Notes: generated from the letters alone by a model not told the origin. 44,124 bases of DNA, filler included, from Sphacelaria rigidula (GCA_964200075.2; 2 parts of 2 records of this genome joined end to end with filler, not necessarily neighbours in it); one strand, 5' to 3'. Shown: positions 11,764 to 22,725, counted from the first letter of the whole stretch. Numbers and translations are program-made.

Positions 11764-13216
11764 TCCAAGGGCAGGTCGAGTAGAGTATACTCAATACTCA
11801 GTATGTTCGAAAAGTCATAGTTGCAGTACTCAAAATTTGGGTAGTGTATTTGAGGTCGTACTCAATCTACTCAAAATTTTGAGTAGAGTATTGAGGTCAT
11901 ACTCAAGTGATACTCTGTACTCAAGTATCTCTGAGAGTGCTTACTCCATATTTGAGTAGAGTATTGGAGGTTATACTCAATTTCCACAAAAAAAATGAGT
12001 GGAGTATTTGAGGCCATACTCGACTTACTCAAAATTTGAGTGGAGTATTCGAGGTCGTACTTGACCTACTCGAAATGTGGGTAGAGCATGTGAGGCCGTA
12101 CTCGACCTACGCAACTTTGAGTAAAGTACTTGAGGTCGAACTCGACCTACTCTAAACTTTGAGTAGAGTATTTGAGGCCACACTCGGCCTACTCAAAATT
12201 TGAGTAGAGTACTTGAGGTCATACCTAATTTACCCGAAAGTTGGGTAGAGTAGCTGAGGCCGGACCCGATTTACCGACAGACTAAAACTTCAACTTCAGT
12301 GTTCAAGTTCGTAGGCAAGATACTCAAAGTTGGGTGGAGGAAATACCGAGGTATTCCCAGAGTTGCCCACCCATGATCAGTGCTGGTTCAAGATCAAACA
12401 TCAGCAAACGGATACAGTATATTTGAGAAAGCATTTCGGTCAGAACCAGATGGTTCAAAACGAGTGTAAAACCAATATTGGGGGTCGAAGGGCGTTCGGA
12501 TTGTACCGTGTAAACTGGTGGGGGTACTGGAAAGCGAAAAAATCATATCGAAGTATTGGGCAGTCGAAGTCTTACTCTGTTCATTCACCTACACGCTTTT
12601 TTTTTTTTCATGGCATTTGCTCATACTCCTTGTAGCCTGTAACGTAACGCCACCCATCTGATTGATGGTCATCGTTCGCCCATGTATTCAACATGGTCTG
12701 TGAAGTGACGTCGCGAAGTCGCCGACGGTCACGGATAGTAACAATACCTAAGTAATACTCTATATTGAAGTAGTACTGAGAGTGCTTACTCAACATTTAA
12801 GTAGAGTACCTGAGGTCGTACTCGATATACTCGAAATTAGAGTATTGGGGTCATGCTCAAGTGATACTCTATACTCAAGTATCACTGAGAGTGCTAACTC
12901 AATATTTGAGTACAGTACCTGAAGTCGTACTCGATCTACTCAAATTTTGAGTAGAGTATTGGAGGCCGTACTCGACCTACTCGAAATTTGAGCAGAGTAT
13001 TTGAGGCCATGCTCGACCTACTCAGAATTTGAGTGGAGTATTGAGGTCATACCCAGGTTATACTCTATACTCAACTACTACTGAGGATGCGTACTCAAAT
13101 TTTGAGTAGAGTATTGGAGGTCGTACTCGACCTACTCAAACTTTTGAGTAGAGTAAATACTCGAGTGTTTTACTCGAGTACTCAAAAGTACATACTCTAC
13201 TCGACCTGCCCTTGGA
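11764..13216. mobile_element. TIR element with two arrays of ~40-bp self-complementary units
   Basis: Perfect 25-bp TIR TCCAAGGGCAGGTCGAGTAGAGTAT. Arrays of TTTGAGTAGAGTATTGAGGTCGTACTCGACCTACTCAAAA at ~11820-12280 and ~12760-13190 surround a unique core. Confidence 0.85.
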
Positions 13217-13454
13217 GATTTCGGTAATCTAAATTTCGCAACAGATTTTCTCCCCGGGACAAAATATTCGATGAATACTCATTGAAAAAACAAGTCAAGG
13301 GAGGGAAATGAGCGTGTTCCAAGATCGCTCGACCACATCGTCTCAAAACTTTAGGGAAAACAACTTGAAATTGAACAGGTAACCGCGGTTCAGAGTTTCC
13401 GGTTCGCGTCGTGGTTGGAACACCTCCACATGGGAACCAGTTTTCTACACCAAA

Positions 13455-13721
13455 ACGCGATTATCTGCTCAATTTTGGGTCATTCACTATGAAGTTTTGA
13501 CACGATGTACAGGACGTGTGTGCGAAGACCCCATTTTCTCCCCCCTACAACCTTTTTCTTCGTGAGTTATGAGCGACGGATATTTTTTTTCGGATCGCAA
13601 ATAGCTCACAAAAAAAAAGAAGAAAATGTAGGGGAGAAAAAATGAAGTCTTCGCACATACGTCCTGTGCATCGTTTCGAAATTTCATTGCAAACGACACA
13701 AAATTGAGCAGCATTATCGTG
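13455..13721. mobile_element. Foldback MITE; a related copy (arms ~11647-11750 and ~13296-13390) is split by the 11764-13216 element
   Basis: Inverted arms CTGCTCAATTTTG...ACGATGTACAGGACGTGTGTGCGAAGAC / GTCTTCGCACATACGTCCTGTGCATCGT...CAAAATTGAGCAG. Confidence 0.7.
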
Positions 13722-16700
13722 TCAACTTTCCTGTCCGCCTCTTTTGTGGCCCAGCCTGAACGAGCTGGACCAGCTGAGAGTGATTTTTCGTGTTTCGGGG
13801 CCTGGCTGTGAGGAATTCAAGGAGGTTGAACGCTGAAAACTGCTGTACTCTGATGCTTGGTCAAACATCATGGACACCAAAAGCGTTGTGGCGAAAAATC
13901 CACATGTACATGCCAGCGTTTCACCCAGCACATTCAATTCGATCTTCCTCGCAAAAACTACCAGGCATCATGCGTGCTAACCAGAGCAGCACAGCACGCA
14001 GATCCCAATCATCCACGTGCCAGCATTTTACCGAGCGCACGCGATGCGATCATCTCGCTCATTCTCCATGCTTCATTCGCAAACATAACCACGAATCACA
14101 CAAAAAAAACTACAATCATCCTCAAGAATTGTTGACAAATATCGGTCATCATGTCCTTCTTCATCCTCAACAAGCACACAACTATACCAGCATTTGCTCC
14201 TCAACAATATCACCCAACCTTGCGTTCATCACAACAGTAGGCACCTCACGTAATGCCTCCTTGTAGTCCTACAACCCGCTCCGCAGAAACAGCAGCACTC
14301 AAACCACAACCTGGTGCACACCATGGAGCAGCGTTTCCACTCAAACACGCGCCGCTCGTATCAGTACAGCTGCAGCTCATACCCCCACAGTGCCGCTCAG
14401 CTCGCCACCAAGCGGTATCCTCGCACCGCCAAAGCAATACGACAAACCATCTACCGACATATATTTTGCGCAGTACCGAGCACCTGTTCTTCAGTCAGTT
14501 TCAACGAGGCAGCGAGATGCAGGACGAGAACAGCTACACAGTCCCGCACAGTAGCACATCCCGATGACATCACACCACCTTTGACCATCCCACAGCGCAA
14601 CGGTAGAGACACCCTCGTCATCACCGCCAAACAGGCGAATTTTTTCCGTCTACATGGCAGTGCTTGCGACCAGCTCAGCGCTACACGACGCTCGACGTCG
14701 GCATAGTAATTGCGACCGCCGAGAGCATCACAAGCCTGAAACTCACTCTGCCTACCCGCTTCACACGGGTCATACTCCCCCGCTGCTTCGAGCACGCAAG
14801 GTGCGTCCCCAGCTACACCCTCGTCATCGACTGACAGTCGGTCCAGCGAATCCACACCCGCGATCCCGGCATCCACTTCTCCTTCAAGCAGGCACCCGTG
14901 TGAATCATCTGAGCAAGCTCCCGCCGTGTCACTGGAGTAGATAGATTAGCCATGAGCATGGCGAGCCCCAAGCCCGCTCTGCTCGCTCGCATGACGCAGA
15001 TAACACTCTCCTGCAGCTCCGAGCATGCAAGGGGTGTGTACTCAGCTACACCCTGGTATGGCGGCAAGATGCATCTGGAACCTTCGCCTCTCAGCGCTTG
15101 CTCATCCGCCGAGGTAGTCTCGACCCTTTCAACATCAGCGACAGCAGCAGTCAACGAAACTCACTTGAGCTCCCACGTGCTGCCCGGCTCGCTTCTTGAC
15201 GACAACATCAGCGGCTCTACTACCTCCAGAGCTCTCGTGCTTGTACCCTCGAACTGACAAGTGCAGCGTGACATGGTCCCCCTCTTCAGCAGCACCATCA
15301 GCAACCCCGCGTCGTTGCTTCAGACGCGTGCGCGGTGTGCGCTTCCGGGAACGACCAACATCCCGACCACCACTATCTGTTGTCCCAGCATCATGCACCA
15401 CGCCCGAAGACGCATGCTTGCGCAACGCGAATAACAATTGCTGATGGCCAACATTACCGGCATGATTGAAGAACATGGCACTCAGATACCTCTCAATATA
15501 TTGTGGCGTAAGATCAGAAACCGCTGGCACCTCAAGAACGTTCCAGTCTATCGCACGCGCGTTCATCTCTTGAACTCGACACACTACGGTTCGGTCATTC
15601 CGCACTACCTTTTGCCCACCCAAATGTATTGCTTTGGGGCTGAGGTTGAAAACTCCACTACGTTGGGCCAACTCTTTGTGGAACAAAATCGAGATCAATA
15701 TTACGACCAATCCTGATCTTTTCTCAACAAAGTTGGCCAGCGTCACGACCTTTATATCGAAACTGCGCGACGTGAATACTTTTTTTCCAGCTCGTGAGAA
15801 CTATGAAAAAGGAACGGAGATTAGAAAAAGAAAATGATTTCATGGTTGGAAGTCGTCCGGCTATCTTCGTCCACAAGAACAGCTGAAGATAACGTAATAC
15901 TTCGCAGCTGTTGGCGCATTTGAAAAATCAACGAGGCATATTCTTGTGTTTGCCTCGAAAGCGGGGTGTTCTGTTTTCATAAGAGTTTATTCCAAAAGCT
16001 GCATAGCCAAGATGATACTGACTGTACAGTCGAACACAATTCCTGGAATGAGATGGGATCATACAAACATGGAAACGAGGAGGGCTCATTGTGGTCCGAA
16101 TGGCTTTATTCTCACTTTCTTACTAGACAACTGGCTCGCAGCGTAAACACGACCGCGTGGGTCCATTTTTTCTGTTGTGCGCGTGCCACTCTTGGATCTC
16201 GAGAAAAGTGCAGGTACCACTTTTCATGCTCGTCGGGTAGACTAGCCTGTACAGAAGCGTGCACCTAGCTTAGTCGGCGCGTCCGCCTTCCCTTCGCTAC
16301 AAAAATATTTGAGCAGTGAAGGAACATAGCACAAGGCAGTGGTGGTGCGGTGATGCAAGAACACAGTACAGTAGACAGGAATTTTCGGATCACCTAAAAG
16401 CACAGGTGATGCTTTCCTGGCCTTGAAAAAATATTGCCCACTTCAGTACCAGTGTATTCAATTCAATTTTTGGCTGGCCATTTATGGGTATAGCTCTCGG
16501 AAGGGAACAGGTCGGGATCGTTACACCTGATAGTTTGAGTAAAGTCATGAATGCCTTGTGTAGAAGCACGGGCGAGATTATGGGTCTCTTTTGGCGATCA
16601 AGCCGTGCGGCAAGAGATTTAGAATTACTATAGGATGAACATAACATTACATCCACCGCCGTGCGAGCTCTAACTACGCGCGCGATGCAACAATACAATA

Positions 16701-17392
16701 TGCGCATCGGCTTGAAGCTCATCGAGAACCGAATGCGATATGATTCGTTCGGGTCGGATACACTGGAGCTGAAACATAGACGGTGCTTTCAGGAGCCGTG
16801 CGCTCAGTCAAAACTACGCAAACGGCAAGCAGTCCGATTTGTTTTTTTTTGCTCTGTTGGTCGACCGGTGAACTGATTGCCGTGAGCTAGAGCTCCTGCT
16901 GTGTCGCAGCCGTGGGGTCATTATTTGATCTAGAGCGCCTGTGCTTCTGGCACTCCCATAGTACAGGGACGCGCAGTTGTACGTGAATAAATCTTAATAC
17001 CTGCGTAGAATTATGGAACATGGAACATTTTACAAATCTGTGTCTTGTGCCTTGTAGCACCTTGCTCGGTCAAGTCTCTGTTCGTTTCCCTGGTTGTATC
17101 CGTTGTTTCCGGGTAAAATCACATGTACTCGAAATATAGGAAAAAAAACTCGCCAAAACTTGACCTCCCATGAAGATACAACCGATCGTACTCGACGTGT
17201 ATTGATGAACTTCCATCGAAAAGTTGTCGTCTTGACGTGTGTTGATCATGGTAGTCGTCGCCTTCTTCCACAAGTCGATGTACATGAATCTCTGCCGTTG
17301 TTCGCGTGTCTGTCTGTCTGTCTGTCCATGTCTTACATCCCCGTCTTCTGTCTGCTCCCCGACTGTGTGGCGTCGCTCTCTTCGCTCAAAAG

Positions 17393-17532
17393 GCCACCTT
17401 CGTGGTAACCGACTTCGATCGTGAGATCGTCATCGATGCTAAGGTCTACGGGGAGATGCGATCAGGGAACTTCTGGCGACGCAACCCTGCAGCGAACCGT
17501 CAGTTTCTCGTGCTCGACAATATTTCGTCCAC
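17393..17532 (+). CDS. SMCHD1: SMCHD1-like protein, exon 2 (UBL domain)
   Basis: Pyrimidine-rich tract and AAAG| acceptor. Reads ATFVVTDFDREIVIDAKVYGEMRSGNFWRRNPAANRQFLVLDNISS, then AC|GTAAGT donor (phase 2), compatible with exon 3. Confidence 0.75.
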
Positions 17533-17655
17533 GTAAGTTCGATCTACGGTACAACAGAGATGTAGGGCAATATCCTAAGCAGCCAGGCTGCTGCATGACA
17601 AAGCGACCGCCCCCTGCCCCCCTCCCTCCCCTGGACACCCACGAGGCAGTGTGTA

Positions 17656-17950
17656 ATCCATGGCTGTCTGAAAATTGTGATACCAGAAATTGAAGCCACT
17701 TACTATAGGCTGTCCATGTGCAAGATAATCAGTACGCTTCGGGCTGAGTAATCAGCAGGGTGCAGCTCACCCGTCATGCGGTCGCCGAATACACTACGGT
17801 GCTTCGGGCTTGATGATTGGTTGCGAGGCTAGCCCAGCGAAAATCGGGCGAGCTCCGTCCCTGCTTCGTAGGGATGCGAAGTCAATGGCCATACGACTGC
17901 TGCATGCAAGATCATGAGTACCCCCCCTCCCCCCCCCCCCCCCCCCCCTC
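17656..17950 (+). mobile_element. SINE-like repeat family A, 5'-truncated copy with poly-C tail (intron 2 of the SMCHD1-like gene)
   Basis: Matches the family 3' half and ends GATCATGAGTAC(C)n. Confidence 0.85.
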
Positions 17951-18664
17951 TTGATGCCAGGGGTATAGTTCATGTGTGTCCGATGCCTGATTGTAGCCTC
18001 TGCGACGTGAGACACTTGCAAGTTCGATTGTTTCTGTTACTACACTATCTCGTGCAATATAAATATACATGGAGTATGCCCATGTTCTGATGAACGGGGT
18101 TGTTCTTGAAGAGAACGAGATACTTCATGTCGAGACAAACGTATTTGAAAAATATCTTCATCGGCGATAACAAGGAGCAGTGGGGAGGCACTATATCTCC
18201 ACCTTCACCTGCCTCGTAGTTCCCGAATGTTGCCACCACGAGTAGTCAGTATCTGCTTGGTTCGAGTCGGGTCAATTACTACTTGACACAAGTGCACTCT
18301 GAAACTGGATTTGGTATTACTTTGTAGTCAAGTAACAACTTGGTTCCTGGTTCCAGTTAGGGACCAATTCATGTTGGCTTACTACTTGGTTTCAGTATCT
18401 CTACCCCCCTCCGCCCCTCCCCCCGCCCCCTCAGCTTCTCGTATCATAAAGTGTCGAGTCCAAAGAGGAGGGGGGTAGTCTGCGTTTCGTAGGGTCCCTG
18501 GGCAACGATGGTCTCATGAAAGTATTTGCTGCACATATTGTATCTTCGTATAAGCTGCAAGAAAACAGTTGATAATTTATACTCTTTCCCGAAAATATCA
18601 GCACGAAAAGGTCATTTTGGTATGTTATGGATTGCCCCTGCGTGATTTCGTGATGTTTTCATAG

Positions 18665-18791
18665 GCTGGAAGGTGACGTGGAGCTGGAGGTATCCTATCA
18701 GCCTCACTATAACACTATCACCAAGACGGGTGAGGCCAACTTCAGCAAGGTGCCTCACGCCGTGGCGGAGCTTATTGACAACTCAATCCAG
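18665..18791 (+). CDS. SMCHD1: SMCHD1-like protein, exon 3 (start of GHKL ATPase, motif I); gene continues beyond contig
   Basis: ATAG|G acceptor completes the phase-2 codon. Reads (T)LEGDVELEVSYQPHYNTITKTGEANFSKVPHAVAELIDNSIQ, donor CAG|GTCGGA. AELIDNS is the GHKL N-box, and PHYxTxxKxG precedes it in SMCHD1. Confidence 0.8.
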
Positions 18792-19339
18792 GTCGGAACG
18801 TATGAAGATGTACAAGCGGCGGGGTAGAATGGTGTGCTCACGTGCACAATATTAGCAGTACATTCAACCTGTGTGACATATTTCTAACCGCACACCCTGA
18901 AAACCGTAAATTTCGTCCATGGGTCATGACCTGCTGTGTCTCACGTACAGAAATGGATACAAGCAACTCGAGAACGTTATGGTTGTCTCCGTGGTTCAGA
19001 CACACACCCGAACCCAAAACATGGAAACACAAACGGGATGGGGGCGAGGTCGAAGGAATGGTATCACCGGTCAACTTTTGACGACGGTAGAAGTTGTGCA
19101 GTCAGCGTGCGATCAGCTGAGAGGGAAGGGGCGTATCTTTGTTCAGGTCAGGGTGGATGGTAGTAATGCACTACATCAGCAGTGATGCCCACCCTTGATG
19201 GGGGCGTCTTTTTGTGCTATTGATATCGATCACTATCGCCCCCCTTACGGGGCAAGGCTTCAAGTAGGAAAGTAGTCAAACGAAGCAGGGTTCAAATCCT
19301 AGTGTAGTGAAGGAGGGGTTTGTGAAGTGATGAGAATGT

Positions 19340-21845
19340 TTGTGCGTATACACTGGGTAAGATCGTTCGGGGTAGGAAAGACGCCGGGCTGACAACGTAC
19401 TGTTTTTTTCTGGACATGCAAAGGCGTATGACACAATATGGAGAAATGGGCTGCGGAAACAGTTGTGGGAAGCTGGGATCAGAGGAAAGATGTGGAGAAT
19501 GGTGAAGGAGATGACATAATGTGTCAAAAGTGCCATGATGCTAGATGGGGAAATAACGAAATATTCTAATACTTTACAAGGAGTTGCACAAGGATATACG
19601 TTATCACCCTCTTTGTTCGAAGTATTTATTCATGACTTGATTCTAGCAATATAAGCAGAAAAGAAAGGGGCCAAGGTGGGTGAAGAGAGGGTACCAGGAT
19701 TGATGTTGCGCGGATGATTTTGTGGGGATTTCAGAAACACCAAAGGGACTACAGATACAGATAGACAAGGCGCCTGAATACGCCAGGGAATGGAGAGTGA
19801 CAGCGAACGTTAACAAATGCGTGGTACTTGTCGGTAACGAAGATAAGAAAAATCCGGCAGAGTCCAAATGGAAGTGGGGATAAGAGGAATTGCCGATCGT
19901 AGACCAGTATACATACCTTGGTCTAGAGATATAAAAAAAACTGTTCTTGGGACACATGAACAAAGTAATAGAAAAGGGTAGGGCACAGGTAGGAAGGATG
20001 GACGTGATCCTCAGAGACTCGCATCTAGACTCTAGGATTAAGAGATGTTTACTGATGAACGTGATCGTACCGGAGCTGGAATGTGCAGGAGAAGTATGGG
20101 AGGGGAACGTGAAGTTGGTGGAGAAGTTGGAAACATTACAGATGGCAGCAGCTAAGAAGATACTCGGACGCTCGAAAACGACGAGTATTACAGCATTGAG
20201 AGCAGAGTTGGGAATGTACTCACTTAAAACAGAGACATGAGGAAATTGAGGTGGCAATATTGCAGCTATATTCTTTAGGGCTGTATGGAAGAAAACTACG
20301 AAAGGGCGGGCTGGAATAAGATGGGATAGAGAAGTTGAGAAAGTATCGAAGGAGGTACGAGCTGGGCCAGCCGAAAAGCGATTCTGCAATTTGCAGGCCC
20401 ATTATACGGCCAATACTTGGCGCTGGACCCTGAAATTTGGTACGGACAATGAGTAGGGCATAAAAAAAAATACTGGCATACACAATTTTTTTTTCATGAG
20501 TTAATGGCATTTTACCGTTATCTGAAAACTGATTATTGCCCTTAACTCATGAAAAAAACAAAAAAAACCTTTTGTACGCCAGTAATTTTTTTATTATGCC
20601 CTTCTCATTGTCCATACCAAATTTCAGGGTCCAACTTCAAGTATTAACCGTATAATGGGCCGTGTAGTGACAGGGTTAGAAGAAATTCGGAACAGTATTT
20701 TGCAGGCTATTTACCGGCCCACGTTTGGTGTTTGTGTATTGAAACTTCGAGTGGGGCGTGGCTAGGGCATAAACAACAAATTAAAGTGGGTCAGGTTGAT
20801 TTTTTAAAATTTTTTTCCACTGATTTAGGGCGTTCTACTATGGTTAATACCATATTTCACGAGAACGCCCTACCCCTATGAAAAAAAACAACAGTGAAAG
20901 GCTCTTTTTTTTTTGTGGTTCTCCACACCAAAATTCGTCGCCATTCGCTAAATGCATCGATCGGGAGTTTCATGGAGATTTTAGTATTGGCGCTATCTCC
21001 CTCAGGTATGGGAATTACTAGACATGGGTTCAATCAACGAGAAAATATGGGCCCAAACTTTTGAGCAGATGGGCACCTTCCCTTTGATTAGACGATTAAT
21101 ACGATATGCGCATCACGGCCCAACTCGTCTGTGTCGATGAGCTATTGCTTTTAGAGCTTAAATCCGTGATTAGGCTGGCCCAGCTCGTAGGTGGAGACCA
21201 GGACGAAATACTCTCCATAGATGAGGACGCGGGGTACAAGGCAAGAGTAACAGACATGATAAAAATAAGGGAAAAAGGAGCGCTGAGACAAAGTAGCCGA
21301 GGAAGAACACCTGAAGGTATACGGGGGGTTGAGAGAGGCGATCGGGATGAAAACATATCTGCATGGCCCCATGGACGCGGCGATAAAAGTGAAACTGCGA
21401 TTTCGGGTGGGGGACCTGTACCTGCCAGAAATAAGAAATAGATATACCAGCAGTCGAGAGGAGGAAGTAGATGGACAGAACTGCCTCTGTGGCAAAGCAA
21501 TAAAGAGCAGAAGTCATATACTTGGAGAATGTGAACTATACAAGGAGGAACGGGGCGTGCCAGAGGGAAATGCGGGACGTGAACGAAGATGGCATGAAAT
21601 CGTTTGATGCATTAGACAATAGCGAGAAAACGATGGTTGTACTAGGGGATAGATGGTGCCCACAGACAGCAAAACAAGATGAGGATAAGATATGTGAAAG
21701 GTTTTTTTGTAATGTATGGAAAAAACGTAATGAGCACCAGAATGTTGGAGGTGTCTCTGTTAGGAGTAGAAACGGTGCTCCGTCTCGAAAAGGGTGCGTG
21801 GTTAATGGTCAAACGACTAAGACAACCAACAAATGAGTACGCCTC
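19340..21845 (+). mobile_element. Decayed, 5'-truncated non-LTR retrotransposon (LINE) ORF2: reverse transcriptase, CCHC-like finger and 3' end
   Basis: Broken frames read YTLGKIVRGRKDAGLTTYCFFLDMQ/AYDTIWRNG, QGVAQGYTLSPSLF, a decayed FADD region (DDFVG), NVNKC, YTYLG, LRAELG and CLCGKAIKSRSHILGEC. Multiple stops and frameshifts. 3' end ...AAATGAGTAC followed by a C-rich tail. Confidence 0.9.
20358..21187. mobile_element. Non-autonomous TIR element with TA target duplication, inserted in the LINE
   Basis: Perfect 15-bp TIRs CGAGCTGGGCCAGCC (20358-20372 / 21173-21187) flanked by TA on both sides. Internal foldback at ~20396-20661. Confidence 0.85.
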
Positions 21846-21867
21846 CCACCCCCCGCTGGCTAGACAC

Positions 21868-22022
21868 CTATGAGGCAGCGTAAAAGCCGTGGCTGTCTCT
21901 GGAAGTGACGATACCACAAAATAAAGTAACTCACTATTGGCTGTAGGCTTCGCGCCGAACACACGACGGCGCTTCGCGCTTGGTGGTTTGAGTGCAGGCC
22001 TGGTCCGGCGAAAACCCGGCGT
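21868..22022 (+). mobile_element. SINE-like repeat family A, partial copy at contig end
   Basis: Contains ATGAGGCAGCG...CTCTGGAAGTGACGATACCA...CTGGTCCGGCGAAAACCCGGCGT. Confidence 0.75.
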
Positions 22023-22122
22023 NNNNNNNNNNNNNNNNNNNNNNNNNNNNNNNNNNNNNNNNNNNNTTAATTAATTAANNNNNNNNNNNNNNNNNNNNNN
22101 NNNNNNNNNNNNNNNNNNNNNN
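22023..22122. other. Artificial contig-joining spacer (Ns with six-frame stop TTAATTAATTAA)
   Basis: Exactly 100 nt with TTAATTAATTAA at 22067-22078. The flanking contigs are of near-identical length (22022 and 22002 nt). Confidence 0.95.
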
Positions 22123-22228
22123 CCCCCCCCCCCCCCCCCCGTCTCGAAAGGCCGGAGGGGTTAAGGCGCAAACGGCCGGGGCCAGCACCAAAAAAGACGC
22201 CCCCCCCCCCCCCCCCCCCCCTGCACTC

Positions 22229-22725
22229 CAAGGGTTAGCTTCGGTTGGCAACGACGCTGTAAAAAACGCCACTCCCTGCGTGAACTAGGCGACCAGGTCA
22301 CCATTTTTTTGTCGCCTGCGTTTTTTTGCGGTAACCATGATGGTGGTCGAGTTGAAAATATTTTGCAGGATAGAGAACCTGAACTCCGCGCAAAGGGGAT
22401 GATCCTACTACGTACTGTTTGAAACATGAGATACCCATGAGGCAGCGTAAACCGTGGTTGCCTCTGGAAGTGGCGATGCCAGAAAATGAAGTAAGTGACT
22501 GTAGGCTGTCGTCCATATGCCGAATAATTAGCACGCTCCGGGTCGAACAATCTAAGCAGGATGCAGGTCACCCCTCATGCGTCTCGCCGAACACATCACG
22601 GCGCTTCGCGCTTAGTGATTGCGAGCGTGGTCCGTCAGAAACCCGGCGTGCTTCGTCCCGGCTGTGTAGCGATGCGAGGTCACTGGTCTTGGACTACGGT
22701 GTGCACGATCATAGATACCCCCCCA
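22229..22725 (+). mobile_element. SINE-like repeat family A copy
   Basis: Colinear with 33193-33692, flanked by C-runs. Confidence 0.85.

Noticed and set aside
11820-13190. CRISPR-like array of palindromic ~40-bp repeats
   Set aside because: Units are contiguous and degenerate with no unique spacers. They lie within TIRs in a eukaryotic intron, and no cas genes are present.
19643-20389. 248-aa minus-strand ORF
   Set aside because: Antisense shadow of the decayed LINE reverse transcriptase.
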